From: a virus | Lineage: Duplodnaviria; Caudoviricetes | Length of the DNA: 60,110 bases | Direction: 5' to 3' (one strand) | Virus record (IMG/VR): IMGVR_UViG_3300008110_000109 | Location: 1 to 60,110 of that record | Made by a program: the position numbers and the translations under genes | Notes under the pieces: generated by a model | What the model was told of the DNA's origin: nothing | What the model saw: the letters and a program-made list of their open reading frames with translations, nothing else | The model's database searches: none | Shown here: piece after piece, positions 24,383 to 35,214 of the stretch | How positions within the stretch are numbered: position 1 is the first letter of the stretch | How the letters are laid out: each line of letters begins with the position of its first letter

Positions 24383-25571
24383 CATTGCTTTTTGTCTAGT
24401 AGATAATTTACATAGCATAAAAGAAAATTGGATCAAAGAAATAACTAAAAATATTTCTAATTTTACTATCTCTAATGTTAACAACAAAGGCTTTGATTTA
24501 TTTCAAGGATTAGACGAAGACCACCTGTTAAAGTTAGTGTCAGAACTTGAGTATAGTCATGCTGTGGTGTTCTCTACTGGGACTGAATTTATCAATGGAG
24601 ATAGTTTCTTTAGAGAGATCAGAGCAGCAGTTGAGCAAGACTATTTTGTTATTGGACATGTGCTTGATAGAAAAGATGCCTATTACGAATTGCACCATCA
24701 ATGCTACGTAATAAATCTTAATTACTATCGAAAATTTAAATTGCCTAAAATAGGTAAGCAAGAATTGGGTTCGATGCATACTCAAGAGGTGCCTTGGCGC
24801 AGTTATGAGAATTGGCATGACGATTATACTCCTAAAACAATCAGTGGTGGCGATCAAATTAAACAGTACCATCACAAGTGTCACGGATGGCATATTTTAA
24901 AAACAGCATTTGATAAAGATTTGCCTGTGCTAGTATTTGACGAGAACATACGTAACAGTAAAAAACATCATTACCCTGAATCAACTACAGACTTTTATAA
25001 AAATTTATCTTGGATTCATTATCGACAAAACTTCTGTCTTACAGAATTTATACATACGTCGAATACCGAAACAGTTAATTTTCCTCCTAGGCAGAGATAT
25101 GATCAAATTATAACTCCGGCTAGTGGATTATGGTTTTTACCGTTTTTAAAAAGCAATACTGGAAAAGTAATCATGTATGATTATAATCAGCAGGCACTAA
25201 ATTATTGGAAGAATAATATTCCCGATGGTATTAACGTAGAGTTTGTGTTGTGTGATCTGTACAACGGAATAAATTTCTTTGATAAAATAGATCCAAAGTT
25301 ACTTACACTAATCAATCTATCTAATATCTTTAACTATGAAGGTACAGTGGCTCTTTATAATTTAAAGTATAGAAACTATAAAGAAAATTTAACACTAGAT
25401 GAAATTGAAAAGCATTTACCCAATGCTGATGTTAACTTTACTTCTAGGGCTACTACCGGCTTTCATGCCAATCATTACAATCAATTGTTTAGTAGGATTA
25501 GTCTTATCAAACGAATAAACATTACAGAATTAATTAAGCCAACATGGCATATTAATTCGGATTGGATTTAA
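24348..25571 (+). CDS. Hypothetical protein (likely start MIKFP)
   Basis: Long ORF in operon. Confidence 0.7.
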   Translation: MIKFPAIEKSCNIAFCLVDNLHSIKENWIKEITKNISNFTISNVNNKGFDLFQGLDEDHLLKLVSELEYSHAVVFSTGTEFINGDSFFREIRAAVEQDYFVIGHVLDRKDAYYELHHQCYVINLNYYRKFKLPKIGKQELGSMHTQEVPWRSYENWHDDYTPKTISGGDQIKQYHHKCHGWHILKTAFDKDLPVLVFDENIRNSKKHHYPESTTDFYKNLSWIHYRQNFCLTEFIHTSNTETVNFPPRQRYDQIITPASGLWFLPFLKSNTGKVIMYDYNQQALNYWKNNIPDGINVEFVLCDLYNGINFFDKIDPKLLTLINLSNIFNYEGTVALYNLKYRNYKENLTLDEIEKHLPNADVNFTSRATTGFHANHYNQLFSRISLIKRINITELIKPTWHINSDWI

Positions 25572-26712
25572 TTTGATTAATGTAGTTATTAAAAAATATC
25601 TTACTTTCGACTAAACTTGTCCTGTTAGAATAACTGTTCAAAAACGTTTTTAAAAATTCATTAGGTATAGTTTCATTCCTCATCTCATCTAGTTCATTTG
25701 TAAAATTAATTAAATGAGGTATAAGATCTTCGCCGTCACTATCTAAATAAGAAATTATATTCTCATTAAGTATTTTTGAACGCACTTGGTCCTTGAATTC
25801 TTTATTGGTATTTTTTATGTTCATCCATGTTGGATATTGCATAACTTGATATGATTTTTTAAACTCTGGAAACTTTTCTTTTACAAACTGATTTAAAAGA
25901 TCTATTTCGTTTACAGTATAAACACTGATTACAGAGTGTACCCTAATCTGTGTGTGTTTTTCTTTTCTTAACAATATTAAATTTTTATAGAAATCCATGT
26001 TTTTTACTATAATTTCAAAATTAGAACCATGTCGAACATAATCATTTAATTTACCATACGCATCAATACTTAAATTAATATCTAAACTTTTACATTCTAT
26101 TAAGCCGTCTAGTATTACATCAATAGGTTCAATAGTACAGTTAGTACTTAAAATAATAGACAAATCTTGAAATTTATTATTATCTTTTAATTTTTTAAAG
26201 AACGCAGAAGTATTAGGACTTAACATTGGCTCACCACCAAATACTTCAATTTCTTCAAGAAACTCAACATCTACATCATCATACATAGTATTTTTTGAAT
26301 ACTTTTTTTCCGATAATGTAGTTCCGTAAAGTGCTAACTCATCGTCAAATATTAGATGACTGTAAGGACTACCGCAGCTTCTGCATTTAAGATTGCAAAC
26401 GTTATCTAAATTTAATTCTAATCTTCGTAATTTAGTGTCTTTGGTAAATTCGTACTTTGTATTACCATGTATTCTTTTTGTAGCTGTTATCCCAGCTGCT
26501 TCTTCTTCAAAACACTGACACCCTTCTACTACTTCTCCATTGAGCATTCGACTACGCATATCATTCATAAATTCTCCGTTGCGTACTTGATTAATTGGAA
26601 TTATTTTTTTAAAAGGTGCTTCATTCATGAATTGACAACAAGGTAACACTATGTTATCTGATTGCAGACTAGAACTTATAAAAGGATGTACACAGTAAGT
26701 TTTAGATATCAT
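25552..26712 (-). CDS. Radical SAM protein with twitch-like domain
   Basis: CNLKCRSC, GGEP. Confidence 0.9.
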   Translation of the reverse strand: MISKTYCVHPFISSSLQSDNIVLPCCQFMNEAPFKKIIPINQVRNGEFMNDMRSRMLNGEVVEGCQCFEEEAAGITATKRIHGNTKYEFTKDTKLRRLELNLDNVCNLKCRSCGSPYSHLIFDDELALYGTTLSEKKYSKNTMYDDVDVEFLEEIEVFGGEPMLSPNTSAFFKKLKDNNKFQDLSIILSTNCTIEPIDVILDGLIECKSLDINLSIDAYGKLNDYVRHGSNFEIIVKNMDFYKNLILLRKEKHTQIRVHSVISVYTVNEIDLLNQFVKEKFPEFKKSYQVMQYPTWMNIKNTNKEFKDQVRSKILNENIISYLDSDGEDLIPHLINFTNELDEMRNETIPNEFLKTFLNSYSNRTSLVESKIFFNNYINQIKSNPN

Positions 26713-27199
26713 AATCTGTTACTTGTAAAATTATTCTAGGAATATGACCAATGTTAGCTGCACCATGTAAGTCTGTGGACTGAATATATGAATACACATC
26801 ACCAGCTTTATAATTTGTTATAACTTGATCTTTGTACATAAAAATATGCCCCGGATGATAGTCCTGGAGAGGTACCCAAAATCTTTTACAATTTTGTCCG
26901 TGTGTATCTGGATCTGTGTGCATAGGCATGTATTGCCCTGGCAACAGTTTAGTTATCCACCAATGTATTTGGCCAGTTGTCCAAGGAGGCACAATATCTA
27001 TGTTTAACTCACGCTCTTCATATACCCACCAATTAACAGCTTTTAAATCATATCCTGCCTCTTTGTACTTTTTATATTCAGCAGACTCAACAGCAGTTGA
27101 TGCAGGCCAGTCTCTTGGTCTAGCCTGTCCTGTCCTAGTTAATACTAGATGTTCCCATAAAGGATTAATCCATTCTTTATAGTTGCCTTGGTATTTCAT
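26702..27199 (-). CDS. 2OG-Fe(II) oxygenase/cupin-like protein
   Basis: PMHTD...HGAANIG...R. Confidence 0.65.
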   Translation of the reverse strand: MKYQGNYKEWINPLWEHLVLTRTGQARPRDWPASTAVESAEYKKYKEAGYDLKAVNWWVYEERELNIDIVPPWTTGQIHWWITKLLPGQYMPMHTDPDTHGQNCKRFWVPLQDYHPGHIFMYKDQVITNYKAGDVYSYIQSTDLHGAANIGHIPRIILQVTDYDI

Positions 27200-27852
27200 T
27201 TTTCAATAAGTTCTTTTATTTTTTCAAAAACATATATATTTAAATCTTTGCCTGGTAGATGATTAGGGGCTAATACATTTTTTTCATCTTCGTGATATCC
27301 GGGTGTGTAATTTTCTGCAAGAGTTAACAGCGGCGTGTCAAATACTAAACTATTTTTCCAATCATGTTCTTTTCTCATAGACCACATGTGTATGAATTTT
27401 GTATTCTTTATTTTATCAAGAATTTCGTTGTCAAAATAATACAAGGATGATTTGTATTCTAACAAATTTTTTTCTGGATCAAACAAGTGTCTATAAAACA
27501 TTTCAGCTGCTGTCCATATTTTGTTTCGAAGACCAAAGTCATAATCAATTTTAAAAGTTTTCCAGTCTTCTTTAGAAAAATCTAATGCTTCTTTAAGTCT
27601 TATATGTCGAAGACTTCTATGAAATAATCTAAACTGATCAGGCCAAGTAAAAATACACACATCTGGTAAATTGTTAATGTTTGGTAAAAATTGATTGATA
27701 ATAATATCCCAATGCGAACACCCACCTTTGCTTTTTACAGAAATTTTTGTATTATACTCTTGCTCTAATAGTGATATGTAAGTTTTATACATATATGGAG
27801 GAAATGATATCTTCTCAGCACTAAAGCTATCACCGTAAAATCCTATTCGCAT
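27196..27852 (-). CDS. SGNH-like protein
   Basis: GFYGDSF, GGCS, PNH. Confidence 0.5.
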   Translation of the reverse strand: MRIGFYGDSFSAEKISFPPYMYKTYISLLEQEYNTKISVKSKGGCSHWDIIINQFLPNINNLPDVCIFTWPDQFRLFHRSLRHIRLKEALDFSKEDWKTFKIDYDFGLRNKIWTAAEMFYRHLFDPEKNLLEYKSSLYYFDNEILDKIKNTKFIHMWSMRKEHDWKNSLVFDTPLLTLAENYTPGYHEDEKNVLAPNHLPGKDLNIYVFEKIKELIEK

Positions 27853-28667
27853 TAATAATTCTCCAGATTACTGATTCCAATAAGTTTTCTAAACTCTGGA
27901 GTAAATTTACAATCTATTCTTAATCCATACTCTTGTTCGAGACTGCTTTCACCGCCATGCCAATCTTGATCATTCCAAAAGGCAGCGTGTGAATTAACAT
28001 AGTGTTTGTCCTGTGCATCAGGATCCCATATATAGAACCCACGTTTAGTTCTGTAACGTATATGTATGAATTCGTTATTATGCGGTGTATAGTAATCGTT
28101 TTCAAATACACCGTTATTGGCATCTAGATCTCTGTGTTCAAATGCTTTACCGTTATGGTCACATAAGAAAAATATCACACGACCAATACGATCTATTATG
28201 CCCTGTTGTTGTAAATTTTCTACCCAACGTACTACTCCGGGGAAGTATTGACTTTCTTCTGTGCGCTGACGAGTGGCATTACGTTCATTCCAATCGCCTT
28301 CGTTCCATAAAAAATAATAGATGTAAGGGTCATTGGCTCCTAAAGCACTTTTAAGATAACGTGTAAACAAGTTGCGTTGTTTGTAATCTTTAAAATCTTT
28401 AGGGTATATTTCTTGACCTTGTATTTTAATAGAGTGATCATTTGGCAATTTTTGATACTCGTCAAATGCTTTGTATATAGGTTTCCAGTCCCATTGATAA
28501 CTGCCCCTACTTTGATCAAAGCCAGGAGCCATCCATGTGCCTTCCTTGGCATAGTCTCTGGCCAATGCAAACCCCTTACAGATTTCTGCGTGTAGATCTA
28601 CAAATCCACTGACGTCCAAAAATGGATCTAAATTAATATAAGGCTTACCGCCAATTCCTCTAATCAT
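27852..28667 (-). CDS. Putative 2OG-Fe(II) oxygenase-like protein (likely start MIRGIG)
   Basis: EHRD...WHG...R; TAAATA 5 nt upstream of ATG 28667. Confidence 0.55.
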   Translation of the reverse strand: MIRGIGGKPYINLDPFLDVSGFVDLHAEICKGFALARDYAKEGTWMAPGFDQSRGSYQWDWKPIYKAFDEYQKLPNDHSIKIQGQEIYPKDFKDYKQRNLFTRYLKSALGANDPYIYYFLWNEGDWNERNATRQRTEESQYFPGVVRWVENLQQQGIIDRIGRVIFFLCDHNGKAFEHRDLDANNGVFENDYYTPHNNEFIHIRYRTKRGFYIWDPDAQDKHYVNSHAAFWNDQDWHGGESSLEQEYGLRIDCKFTPEFRKLIGISNLENY

Positions 28668-28693
28668 GCCAATATTTATCGCATAAGTACGTG

Positions 28694-29389
28694 ATGAAAA
28701 CTGAGTTTGAATACTACTACAACAATGTTCCCGGAAAGGGTTTATGTAGGAATAATTTAATCTACACAAGCCTTATTAGCAAAGACAAAAAAACGTTTTG
28801 TCAATGGTACCATAATGACACTGAATATCACCGGGGACAAAATCAAGTGGTTGATCCTGCGCTAATGGAGGAGAAATGGTTGCGTGAAGTAAATTACATT
28901 ACACAGATGCGTAACAGGTTTCCCGACCTTGTGCCAACAATAACTAATATAGATTTTATAAACAGAAAAATATATCTAGAAATAGACGGTGATGACTTTT
29001 GGCAACGTGCTGGTCCTACTGTTCAAGACTATGATAGTGTGTTGCCCAATTGGCGTAAACAACTGTTAGACATTATGCGAGCACATCATTCGTTAGGCAT
29101 ATACAAATATAGTCTACATCCTAGCAGTTACTTTATAGTAGACGGACAACTTAAAAGTATTAACTATTTTTTCTGCTATAGAGATTATGACCCTGCTATT
29201 AGCTTACGTAGTGTTATGAGCCATATCAGTGAAGATAGACAAGCCGACTTATTTCCTAAAATGGCTGTAATGGGTATAGATGTAGATGCTATTACATCAT
29301 TTAAAGATATACAGATGCTGGCATTTGAAAGTTTTAAAACAAACTTTCCTGCTGACTTTATGGATGAATGTAAAAAGCTCTATGTATAA
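28694..29389 (+). CDS. Hypothetical protein, possibly protein-kinase-like fold (paralog of 44512-45216)
   Basis: Shared LIS.D.K.FC and W..EV...GIYK.S.HP pattern. Confidence 0.45.
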   Translation: MKTEFEYYYNNVPGKGLCRNNLIYTSLISKDKKTFCQWYHNDTEYHRGQNQVVDPALMEEKWLREVNYITQMRNRFPDLVPTITNIDFINRKIYLEIDGDDFWQRAGPTVQDYDSVLPNWRKQLLDIMRAHHSLGIYKYSLHPSSYFIVDGQLKSINYFFCYRDYDPAISLRSVMSHISEDRQADLFPKMAVMGIDVDAITSFKDIQMLAFESFKTNFPADFMDECKKLYV

Positions 29390-29933
29390 AATTATACCTT
29401 GGTCTGAAGATTTAGATTTAACCGAGTTTTATGCAGAAGCAGAACAGCGAGGTTTTGCCAACAATGCTAGCCAACGGGCAATGATAGACTGCTTCCGCAA
29501 TGAATCGGAGTGGGCGGCGTGGATATTATATCAAGACAACAAGGCTATCGGTAGTGTTGTTGCTCACTCATTTAATGAGATGGGTCTTGACTGTTATCGT
29601 GTACTGGCACGTACCTGTACATTTGGAACTGCTAGACCTACCGACGGTCTTATTACACCTAAACGACTAATCGCTGAACATCAAAACTTAACGGATCAGT
29701 TTTTATTGCCTGCTTGTATTTCTTGGGCAAGGGGCGAACTGTATGCCACTAGCAATGAAAGCGCAGTGGCAAGTCAGCGTCTAGTACACAGACATTACTT
29801 TCCTACACTGGCTAAATTGGGCATTGTGGAACAAGTATGCGAAATGAATTATCGCAACACAGAGCAAACAGTCTGGCGTATATATCCAGACAAGTTCCTT
29901 GCTAATTTAGAACGTTACCCTAGATGGATCTAA
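29382..29933 (+). CDS. Hypothetical protein, possibly GNAT-like (likely start MYKIIP)
   Basis: Overlapping start in operon; WILY...IGSVVAH...YRVLAR pattern. Confidence 0.45.
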   Translation: MYKIIPWSEDLDLTEFYAEAEQRGFANNASQRAMIDCFRNESEWAAWILYQDNKAIGSVVAHSFNEMGLDCYRVLARTCTFGTARPTDGLITPKRLIAEHQNLTDQFLLPACISWARGELYATSNESAVASQRLVHRHYFPTLAKLGIVEQVCEMNYRNTEQTVWRIYPDKFLANLERYPRWI

Positions 29934-30494
29934 ATTAGGGAACGCCCTTTTAAGTTGATCGTAAACAAAGGGTGTTAGTTTCCATCTAAATTCTATTTGT
30001 CTAATTTTAGGATTAGTCATCCAAAAGTCAATGGCGCTGATTATTTCTTCAAACTTTAAATTATAGTCGCTGACAAAGTGTGTGGGATCATCATTGTCAG
30101 CCATACCTTCAATAAAACTTAAATCTAAATGCAGTAGATCTATACCGTTAGGATCTATGCTGATTAGTCTACAGGCTTCTGCCAACGCTTGTTTATCGTG
30201 TACATAGTCGGTGTGTATTAGTTCAGGGTACAGTCTGCTTACACTGCCCATTACAATCATTTTCTTAACCTTGTTTTTTAATGCGTTGACTAATTTAGTC
30301 TGTTGCTGGTCGCGGTAAGCATTGTTAATAAACAGGTCTGCGCCAGCGGCAGCTTCTACTACTCGATCAAAGTCTTTGTCAATATCATAACCGTTGCTGC
30401 GACTTAACCCAACCACTTCCCACTCAGCAGATATGAAGCTTTCGTATAACGCTCTACCAATTCCCTGTGTATGTCCTGTAATTACAACTTTCAT
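29907..30494 (-). CDS. Short-chain dehydrogenase/reductase
   Basis: TGHTQGIG, INNA, YxxxK. Confidence 0.8.
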   Translation of the reverse strand: MKVVITGHTQGIGRALYESFISAEWEVVGLSRSNGYDIDKDFDRVVEAAAGADLFINNAYRDQQQTKLVNALKNKVKKMIVMGSVSRLYPELIHTDYVHDKQALAEACRLISIDPNGIDLLHLDLSFIEGMADNDDPTHFVSDYNLKFEEIISAIDFWMTNPKIRQIEFRWKLTPFVYDQLKRAFPNLDPSRVTF

Positions 30495-31162
30495 GATTTA
30501 CAAAAAATTAAATTTTCTAAACTTGAGTATAGTAATTTAAAACCTTGGCTGACTGCATAGTTGACAAACTTTTCTTTGTCTTCTTCTTTGTCATAGGTAC
30601 TATAAGCTACAATAAACATTTTACACTCTACCGCATTTAAATCTATTTGGGTAAGTATTTCGTAATCGTAAGTTCCGTTAGTATCTATACAAATAAGATC
30701 GCACTTGCTATGCCCAATAAGTTTGTGAAAGTCATTCCAAGATAGCATTTGTATTTGATAGGCCTGATACTCTATGCCAATGTCAATAAACTTTTTTGTA
30801 TGCTCTCTATCAAAGTAGCTGGTTAGTCCTACATTGCTTTTTAGATCTCCTGTGTAGTTCGGAGCATCATCTTTTTCAAGAAATGGAAGATTTCCACATT
30901 CGAAAAACATTGTATTTTTTGATTCTTGTCCAATGCCAAGATTAAAACAGTATATGCTTCGCTTGCCTTCGTGCAGATCACACAGCAAATTGTAGGCACG
31001 CCTCCCTGGCTCGACTAAAAATCCTGCCCATCCTTTTTCTAGTAGAGCAAGACTGTTGCTAAAAGTTTTTCCGTCGTTGGCACCAATATCGCAGACTGTG
31101 CCAATCAGTCCATCAAAGTAATTAAGAATAATCTCTTGTTCTGCATTTTGACTATAGTTCAT
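30491..31162 (-). CDS. FkbM-family methyltransferase
   Basis: YSQ..E, DIGANDG, LVEP. Confidence 0.8.
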   Translation of the reverse strand: MNYSQNAEQEIILNYFDGLIGTVCDIGANDGKTFSNSLALLEKGWAGFLVEPGRRAYNLLCDLHEGKRSIYCFNLGIGQESKNTMFFECGNLPFLEKDDAPNYTGDLKSNVGLTSYFDREHTKKFIDIGIEYQAYQIQMLSWNDFHKLIGHSKCDLICIDTNGTYDYEILTQIDLNAVECKMFIVAYSTYDKEEDKEKFVNYAVSQGFKLLYSSLENLIFCKS

Positions 31163-31637
31163 CTATGCTAAATCCAATTTCTATAATTGTAGGAGTGTCT
31201 AACCAAAAGTCGATGCTATTACAGATCAATGTAACGTTTTTATAACTAGTTCCAGTTAATCGTAATAGTAACATGTTTGTGTCAACATTCCTGTGTTGCG
31301 CCAGTGCAAAAAATCTATTATGTAAAAATTTCTTGTGTAATGTGTAGACTGCATTATTGGGGTCAGGAGATATAGCTGCTACCGATCCGCAGACAATCAT
31401 GTTCTTTACACGTTTAAATGTTCTATTAAGGTATTCTAACTGTGCGCCATCTGCATAAGCATTGTTTATAAAAAGATCAGCACCATATATTTTTTCAACT
31501 AGACTGTCAACATCTGTTAAATCATAACCGTTAGAACGCGAGTATCCTTCTACGTCCCACCCTTTATTTTTAAAATGGTTGAATAGTGCTAGTCCTAGTC
31601 CTGTAGTGTGCCCTGTGATTATACAACGCTTATTCAT
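31152..31637 (-). CDS. Short-chain dehydrogenase/reductase (paralog of 29907-30494)
   Basis: TGHTTGLG, SRSNGYD, INNA, YTLHK. Confidence 0.8.
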   Translation of the reverse strand: MNKRCIITGHTTGLGLALFNHFKNKGWDVEGYSRSNGYDLTDVDSLVEKIYGADLFINNAYADGAQLEYLNRTFKRVKNMIVCGSVAAISPDPNNAVYTLHKKFLHNRFFALAQHRNVDTNMLLLRLTGTSYKNVTLICNSIDFWLDTPTIIEIGFSIDEL

Positions 31638-32301
31638 ATGTTATTTTAAACTCCGGAGTGATAAGTTGTTTAAATTCTTCAAGCAGTTCACGTTCTAACT
31701 TAAATGACAAACTAAATGTTGTGTGAGCAAAGTCTGCTAGTTTGTATTTTTGATTTGCCTTGTTTAAGAACGGACTAAAAATCTTATCAAATTTATATCT
31801 AAAGTCGTGTTGCTCGTAGGCTGCTTCCATGCTAATGCTAACTAAATCTACAGGCTGACGACTACAGCGTAATAGCTCACGTACTACTAACTGTAATCGT
31901 GGTATAGATCCATAATTAGTGGCCGCATGTATACAACCAGCGTCCATGTATGCCCAATGATTATCTCTAGTGCATTCATGCATGACTCGGTTATCTAAAT
32001 CAATCAAGTATGCTTGTTCGCCTGTTAGGTTCAAATGCCAGCGATTATCTATGTCAGCATGGGCCATATAACTTTCGCCCGGTTCCATTTTGATAATACG
32101 TGCTTGTCCAATAGTGTAAGGCAAGGTATCTAACACCTGTTCCCAAAGTGTTCCTTTATACAGGTCTTTAATTTTCCAGCTGTCGTAAAAGAAATCACCA
32201 GTGGGTTCATTAAGCACAGTACCCTGACCAGATACTGGACACTCTTTAAGTGCTTGCTCAATTAGACCATCTGGGCAGAACCATCGCTGTTTAGTAATCA
32301 T
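31630..32301 (-). CDS. Asp/Asn beta-hydroxylase-like oxygenase
   Basis: AHAD...HAATN...R. Confidence 0.65.
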   Translation of the reverse strand: MITKQRWFCPDGLIEQALKECPVSGQGTVLNEPTGDFFYDSWKIKDLYKGTLWEQVLDTLPYTIGQARIIKMEPGESYMAHADIDNRWHLNLTGEQAYLIDLDNRVMHECTRDNHWAYMDAGCIHAATNYGSIPRLQLVVRELLRCSRQPVDLVSISMEAAYEQHDFRYKFDKIFSPFLNKANQKYKLADFAHTTFSLSFKLERELLEEFKQLITPEFKITYE

Positions 32302-32339
32302 GAAATATTTATATGCTATTATAACGGTGTAAATATATC

Positions 32340-33080
32340 ATGGACAAAGTTACTATACCGTTTGAAACAACATGGACCAGCGTTGGCATAGGGTTAAGTG
32401 GCGGCGCCGATTCTGCCCTACTAACATATCTTATATGTGACACCGTAGTCGAACATCAAATGCAGAATTTTAAGATACACGTTATCAATCATATTAGATG
32501 TTGGAAAACCAAACCGTGGCAACGATACGATGCACTAGGAGTTTATGATTGGCTAAAAAATAGATTTCCTACTATTGAATTTGAGCTGCACACTAATTTT
32601 ATTGCACCGGAACTAGAATGGGGCAACAAAGGTCCTACGCTAGTCGATGAGTATGGAAAGACTGTCAGTGGTGATAATATAGAAGCAAGAGCCTTTGCTG
32701 AATATGTCTGCGTAACAAACAAAGTTGATGCGTTCTTTAATGGAGTAACTAGAAATCCTAGAGATGTAGAATTTAAAGGTATGCAGCCAAGAAATGTTGA
32801 ACCGTCAGAAGATAACAAACATTTAGAAATTATGGAACATATGGGATTCCTAGCCTGCCACCCTTTTAGATTTATAGAAAAAAGTTGGGTCATTGCACAG
32901 TACAGAGAATTAGACCTTTTAGATCTTTTTCATATTACAAGAAGCTGTGAAGGTGACAATTCTACTAGACCCGAAGTATTCATGGGACTAGATTATAAAA
33001 CATATCAACCAAATCAACCTGTACCTATCTGCGGCAGATGCTTTTGGTGTAGAGAACGCAGGTGGGCTCTTGAGCAATAG
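32340..33080 (+). CDS. QueC-like PP-loop ATP pyrophosphatase
   Basis: LSGGADS; TRSC...CGRCFWC. Confidence 0.7.
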   Translation: MDKVTIPFETTWTSVGIGLSGGADSALLTYLICDTVVEHQMQNFKIHVINHIRCWKTKPWQRYDALGVYDWLKNRFPTIEFELHTNFIAPELEWGNKGPTLVDEYGKTVSGDNIEARAFAEYVCVTNKVDAFFNGVTRNPRDVEFKGMQPRNVEPSEDNKHLEIMEHMGFLACHPFRFIEKSWVIAQYRELDLLDLFHITRSCEGDNSTRPEVFMGLDYKTYQPNQPVPICGRCFWCRERRWALEQ

Positions 33081-33100
33081 AATTTTTCAAATTTTAAAAA

Positions 33101-34366
33101 ATGAATCCAAGTAAAACATTTTGTATGCATCCTTTTACAGGACTAGCTACTAGAGAAGATGGCGCAATAAAAGTCTGCTGCCGTAGTGCGCCTGTAGGTT
33201 TTATTCAAAATCAGAGCCTTGAAGAATTATGGAATAACGATACTATGCGAGAAGTTCGTAGGCAGGTATTAAACAACGAGCGACCGGATGTATGTAAACC
33301 TTGTTTTGATTTAGAAGACCAGGGTGTAGAAAGTCTACGCCAACGACATATAAACGGTGTTATTCCTGAAGCACGTATTAATCTATATCCTAACGCAGTA
33401 TCTAAAATGCGTAATGATTACACAATGCCGTTTGAATTTCCTACGATGGAAATCAAATTAAACAATCTTTGTAATTTAAGATGCAGGATGTGTAATCCTT
33501 TAGACAGTACCAGTTGGAGTGACTGGGATAAGATTGAAGAATTTTATATTAAAGAAAACAACTATCTTGTGCCTGTGATAAATGATCTAGGACTCAAGAC
33601 CAGTAGATACATTTGTCCGTTTGATGATACGGACAATTGGTGGGCAAGTTTTGAAAAACTATTGCCACACTTTAGGCGTGTTGAGTTTGCCGGAGGTGAA
33701 CCTCTAATGGATCCTCAACACTATAAAATATTAGACATGCTGAAGCCCTATGCTAAAAACATAGAAATCAAGTATGCTACTAATGCTACAACACTAGGAA
33801 TCAAAGGTGGAAGAACTATACACGATTATTGGCCTCACTTTAAGTCAGTTGCCGTTAACGTCTCTATTGACGGCATTCACGATGTTTATAACTACATTCG
33901 TGGTAACGGCAATTTTAGTGAAATTGAGCAGAACATTAAAGAGATACAGACATTACCAAACATTTCAAGAATAGTAGGTGCATTTACAGCACAGGCTGGT
34001 AACATACTACAGGCTGCAGAGTGTATTGATTATTTTATTAATACAATGGGCATTGTATTTTACAGCCATCGTGTAAGTTATCCTAACTGCTTGTCAGCAC
34101 AAGTGTTGCCAACGGAATTAAAAGCATTAGCAATTACTAAACTACTAGCAGTTAAATCACAGATAGATGACTGGGACACAATTAAAAAGAATCCCCTGTT
34201 AGGTAAAGTCACATATCAACAAATACAAGACAATATTAATTACTTACAAGCCAAAGATCAAAATCACTTGTGGCCAGACTTTGTTGAATTTAATAGAAGA
34301 TTGGATGCTACACGCCATCAAGGGCCTTTGGTAAGCATAGTACCAGAATTTAAGCCCTATATATAA
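33101..34366 (+). CDS. Radical SAM protein with twitch-like domain
   Basis: CNLRCRMC, AGGEP, VCC...CKPC. Confidence 0.9.
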   Translation: MNPSKTFCMHPFTGLATREDGAIKVCCRSAPVGFIQNQSLEELWNNDTMREVRRQVLNNERPDVCKPCFDLEDQGVESLRQRHINGVIPEARINLYPNAVSKMRNDYTMPFEFPTMEIKLNNLCNLRCRMCNPLDSTSWSDWDKIEEFYIKENNYLVPVINDLGLKTSRYICPFDDTDNWWASFEKLLPHFRRVEFAGGEPLMDPQHYKILDMLKPYAKNIEIKYATNATTLGIKGGRTIHDYWPHFKSVAVNVSIDGIHDVYNYIRGNGNFSEIEQNIKEIQTLPNISRIVGAFTAQAGNILQAAECIDYFINTMGIVFYSHRVSYPNCLSAQVLPTELKALAITKLLAVKSQIDDWDTIKKNPLLGKVTYQQIQDNINYLQAKDQNHLWPDFVEFNRRLDATRHQGPLVSIVPEFKPYI

Positions 34367-34405
34367 ATTTCTATTAATTTTGGTAAAATAGTCTGCCAAA
34401 ATAGT

Positions 34406-34434
34406 TTGACTTCTATGGCGTTTGATACTACAAT
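34406..34434 (+). promoter_or_regulatory. sigma70-type promoter
   Basis: TTGACT-17 nt-TACAAT. Confidence 0.65.
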
Positions 34435-34466
34435 ATAACTTGTAATTAACACACAGAGAGGCTACT

Positions 34467-34595
34467 ATGAAAGGCTATGTAATTTCGTTCATTTTGGGAA
34501 TGGTTGTAGCAACCGTCGGAGTTTCCGGCATTGCTCGCATTTTCGATAAAGGCATTGACACAGTTAAAACACACAGTCAGGAGTTGGCAAAATGA
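34467..34595 (+). CDS. Small membrane protein (42 aa); not in ORF track
   Basis: GAGG RBS; MKGYVISFILGMVVATVGVSG; ATGA overlap with next gene. Confidence 0.7.
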   Translation: MKGYVISFILGMVVATVGVSGIARIFDKGIDTVKTHSQELAK

Positions 34596-35212
34596 AAAAG
34601 TTTATTCTTATCCCCCTTGTTGCATCGTTGGCTGCATGTTCTACAGTTTCAACAGTAAACCCAGATCAAGCAATTCGTAATCAAAAGTTGTCTACTAATT
34701 TTACAGACGACAAGGTTAAGATTGAAACTGACTGCGTTTGGTACAAGCCTTGGAAAAGCGAATGCGATATTGTAGCTATCGAAGCTACCGCATCTACTTG
34801 GACTAATGGTGGAACTAGAATTCAAGTCAACTCGGCTCGAGAAGTAGCCGAAATGCAGGCTTTGGCTAAAATGGCTAGATTTATCAAAGAAGACGTTACT
34901 ACCAATCGAGTAGTTGAGACTGTAGCCAAACATATTGAAAAGGCTCAAGATCGAATTGCCAAAGGCGACGCCGGTGACTCTACTATGACTGATAAGGAAG
35001 CTAAAGCTACCAATATCTCTACTAGAGAAAATGCCAACGATACTGCTCGAACAGTAACTTCTACTGTGAAGACTAATTCGCAGGCAATTTTGCGAGGCTA
35101 CTATGTCAAAGACAGTGGTCCTGCTGGCGATCAAGAAGTGTACGTAACTGTTCGATGGGATCGTAATAGTGCTAGAGCTGCCGAAGCACTTGGCAAACGC
35201 TTTAGTCGTTAA
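34592..35212 (+). CDS. Lipoprotein (LPP20-like)
   Basis: Signal peptide with lipobox LAAC. Confidence 0.75.
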   Translation: MKKFILIPLVASLAACSTVSTVNPDQAIRNQKLSTNFTDDKVKIETDCVWYKPWKSECDIVAIEATASTWTNGGTRIQVNSAREVAEMQALAKMARFIKEDVTTNRVVETVAKHIEKAQDRIAKGDAGDSTMTDKEAKATNISTRENANDTARTVTSTVKTNSQAILRGYYVKDSGPAGDQEVYVTVRWDRNSARAAEALGKRFSR

Positions 35213-35214
35213 TC

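Noticed and set aside
32340-33080. QueC-like gene plus radical SAMs as a 7-deazaguanine DNA modification pathway
   Set aside because: No folE, queD or dpdA/tgt recognisable in the window, and the radical SAMs are twitch/SPASM types rather than QueE.
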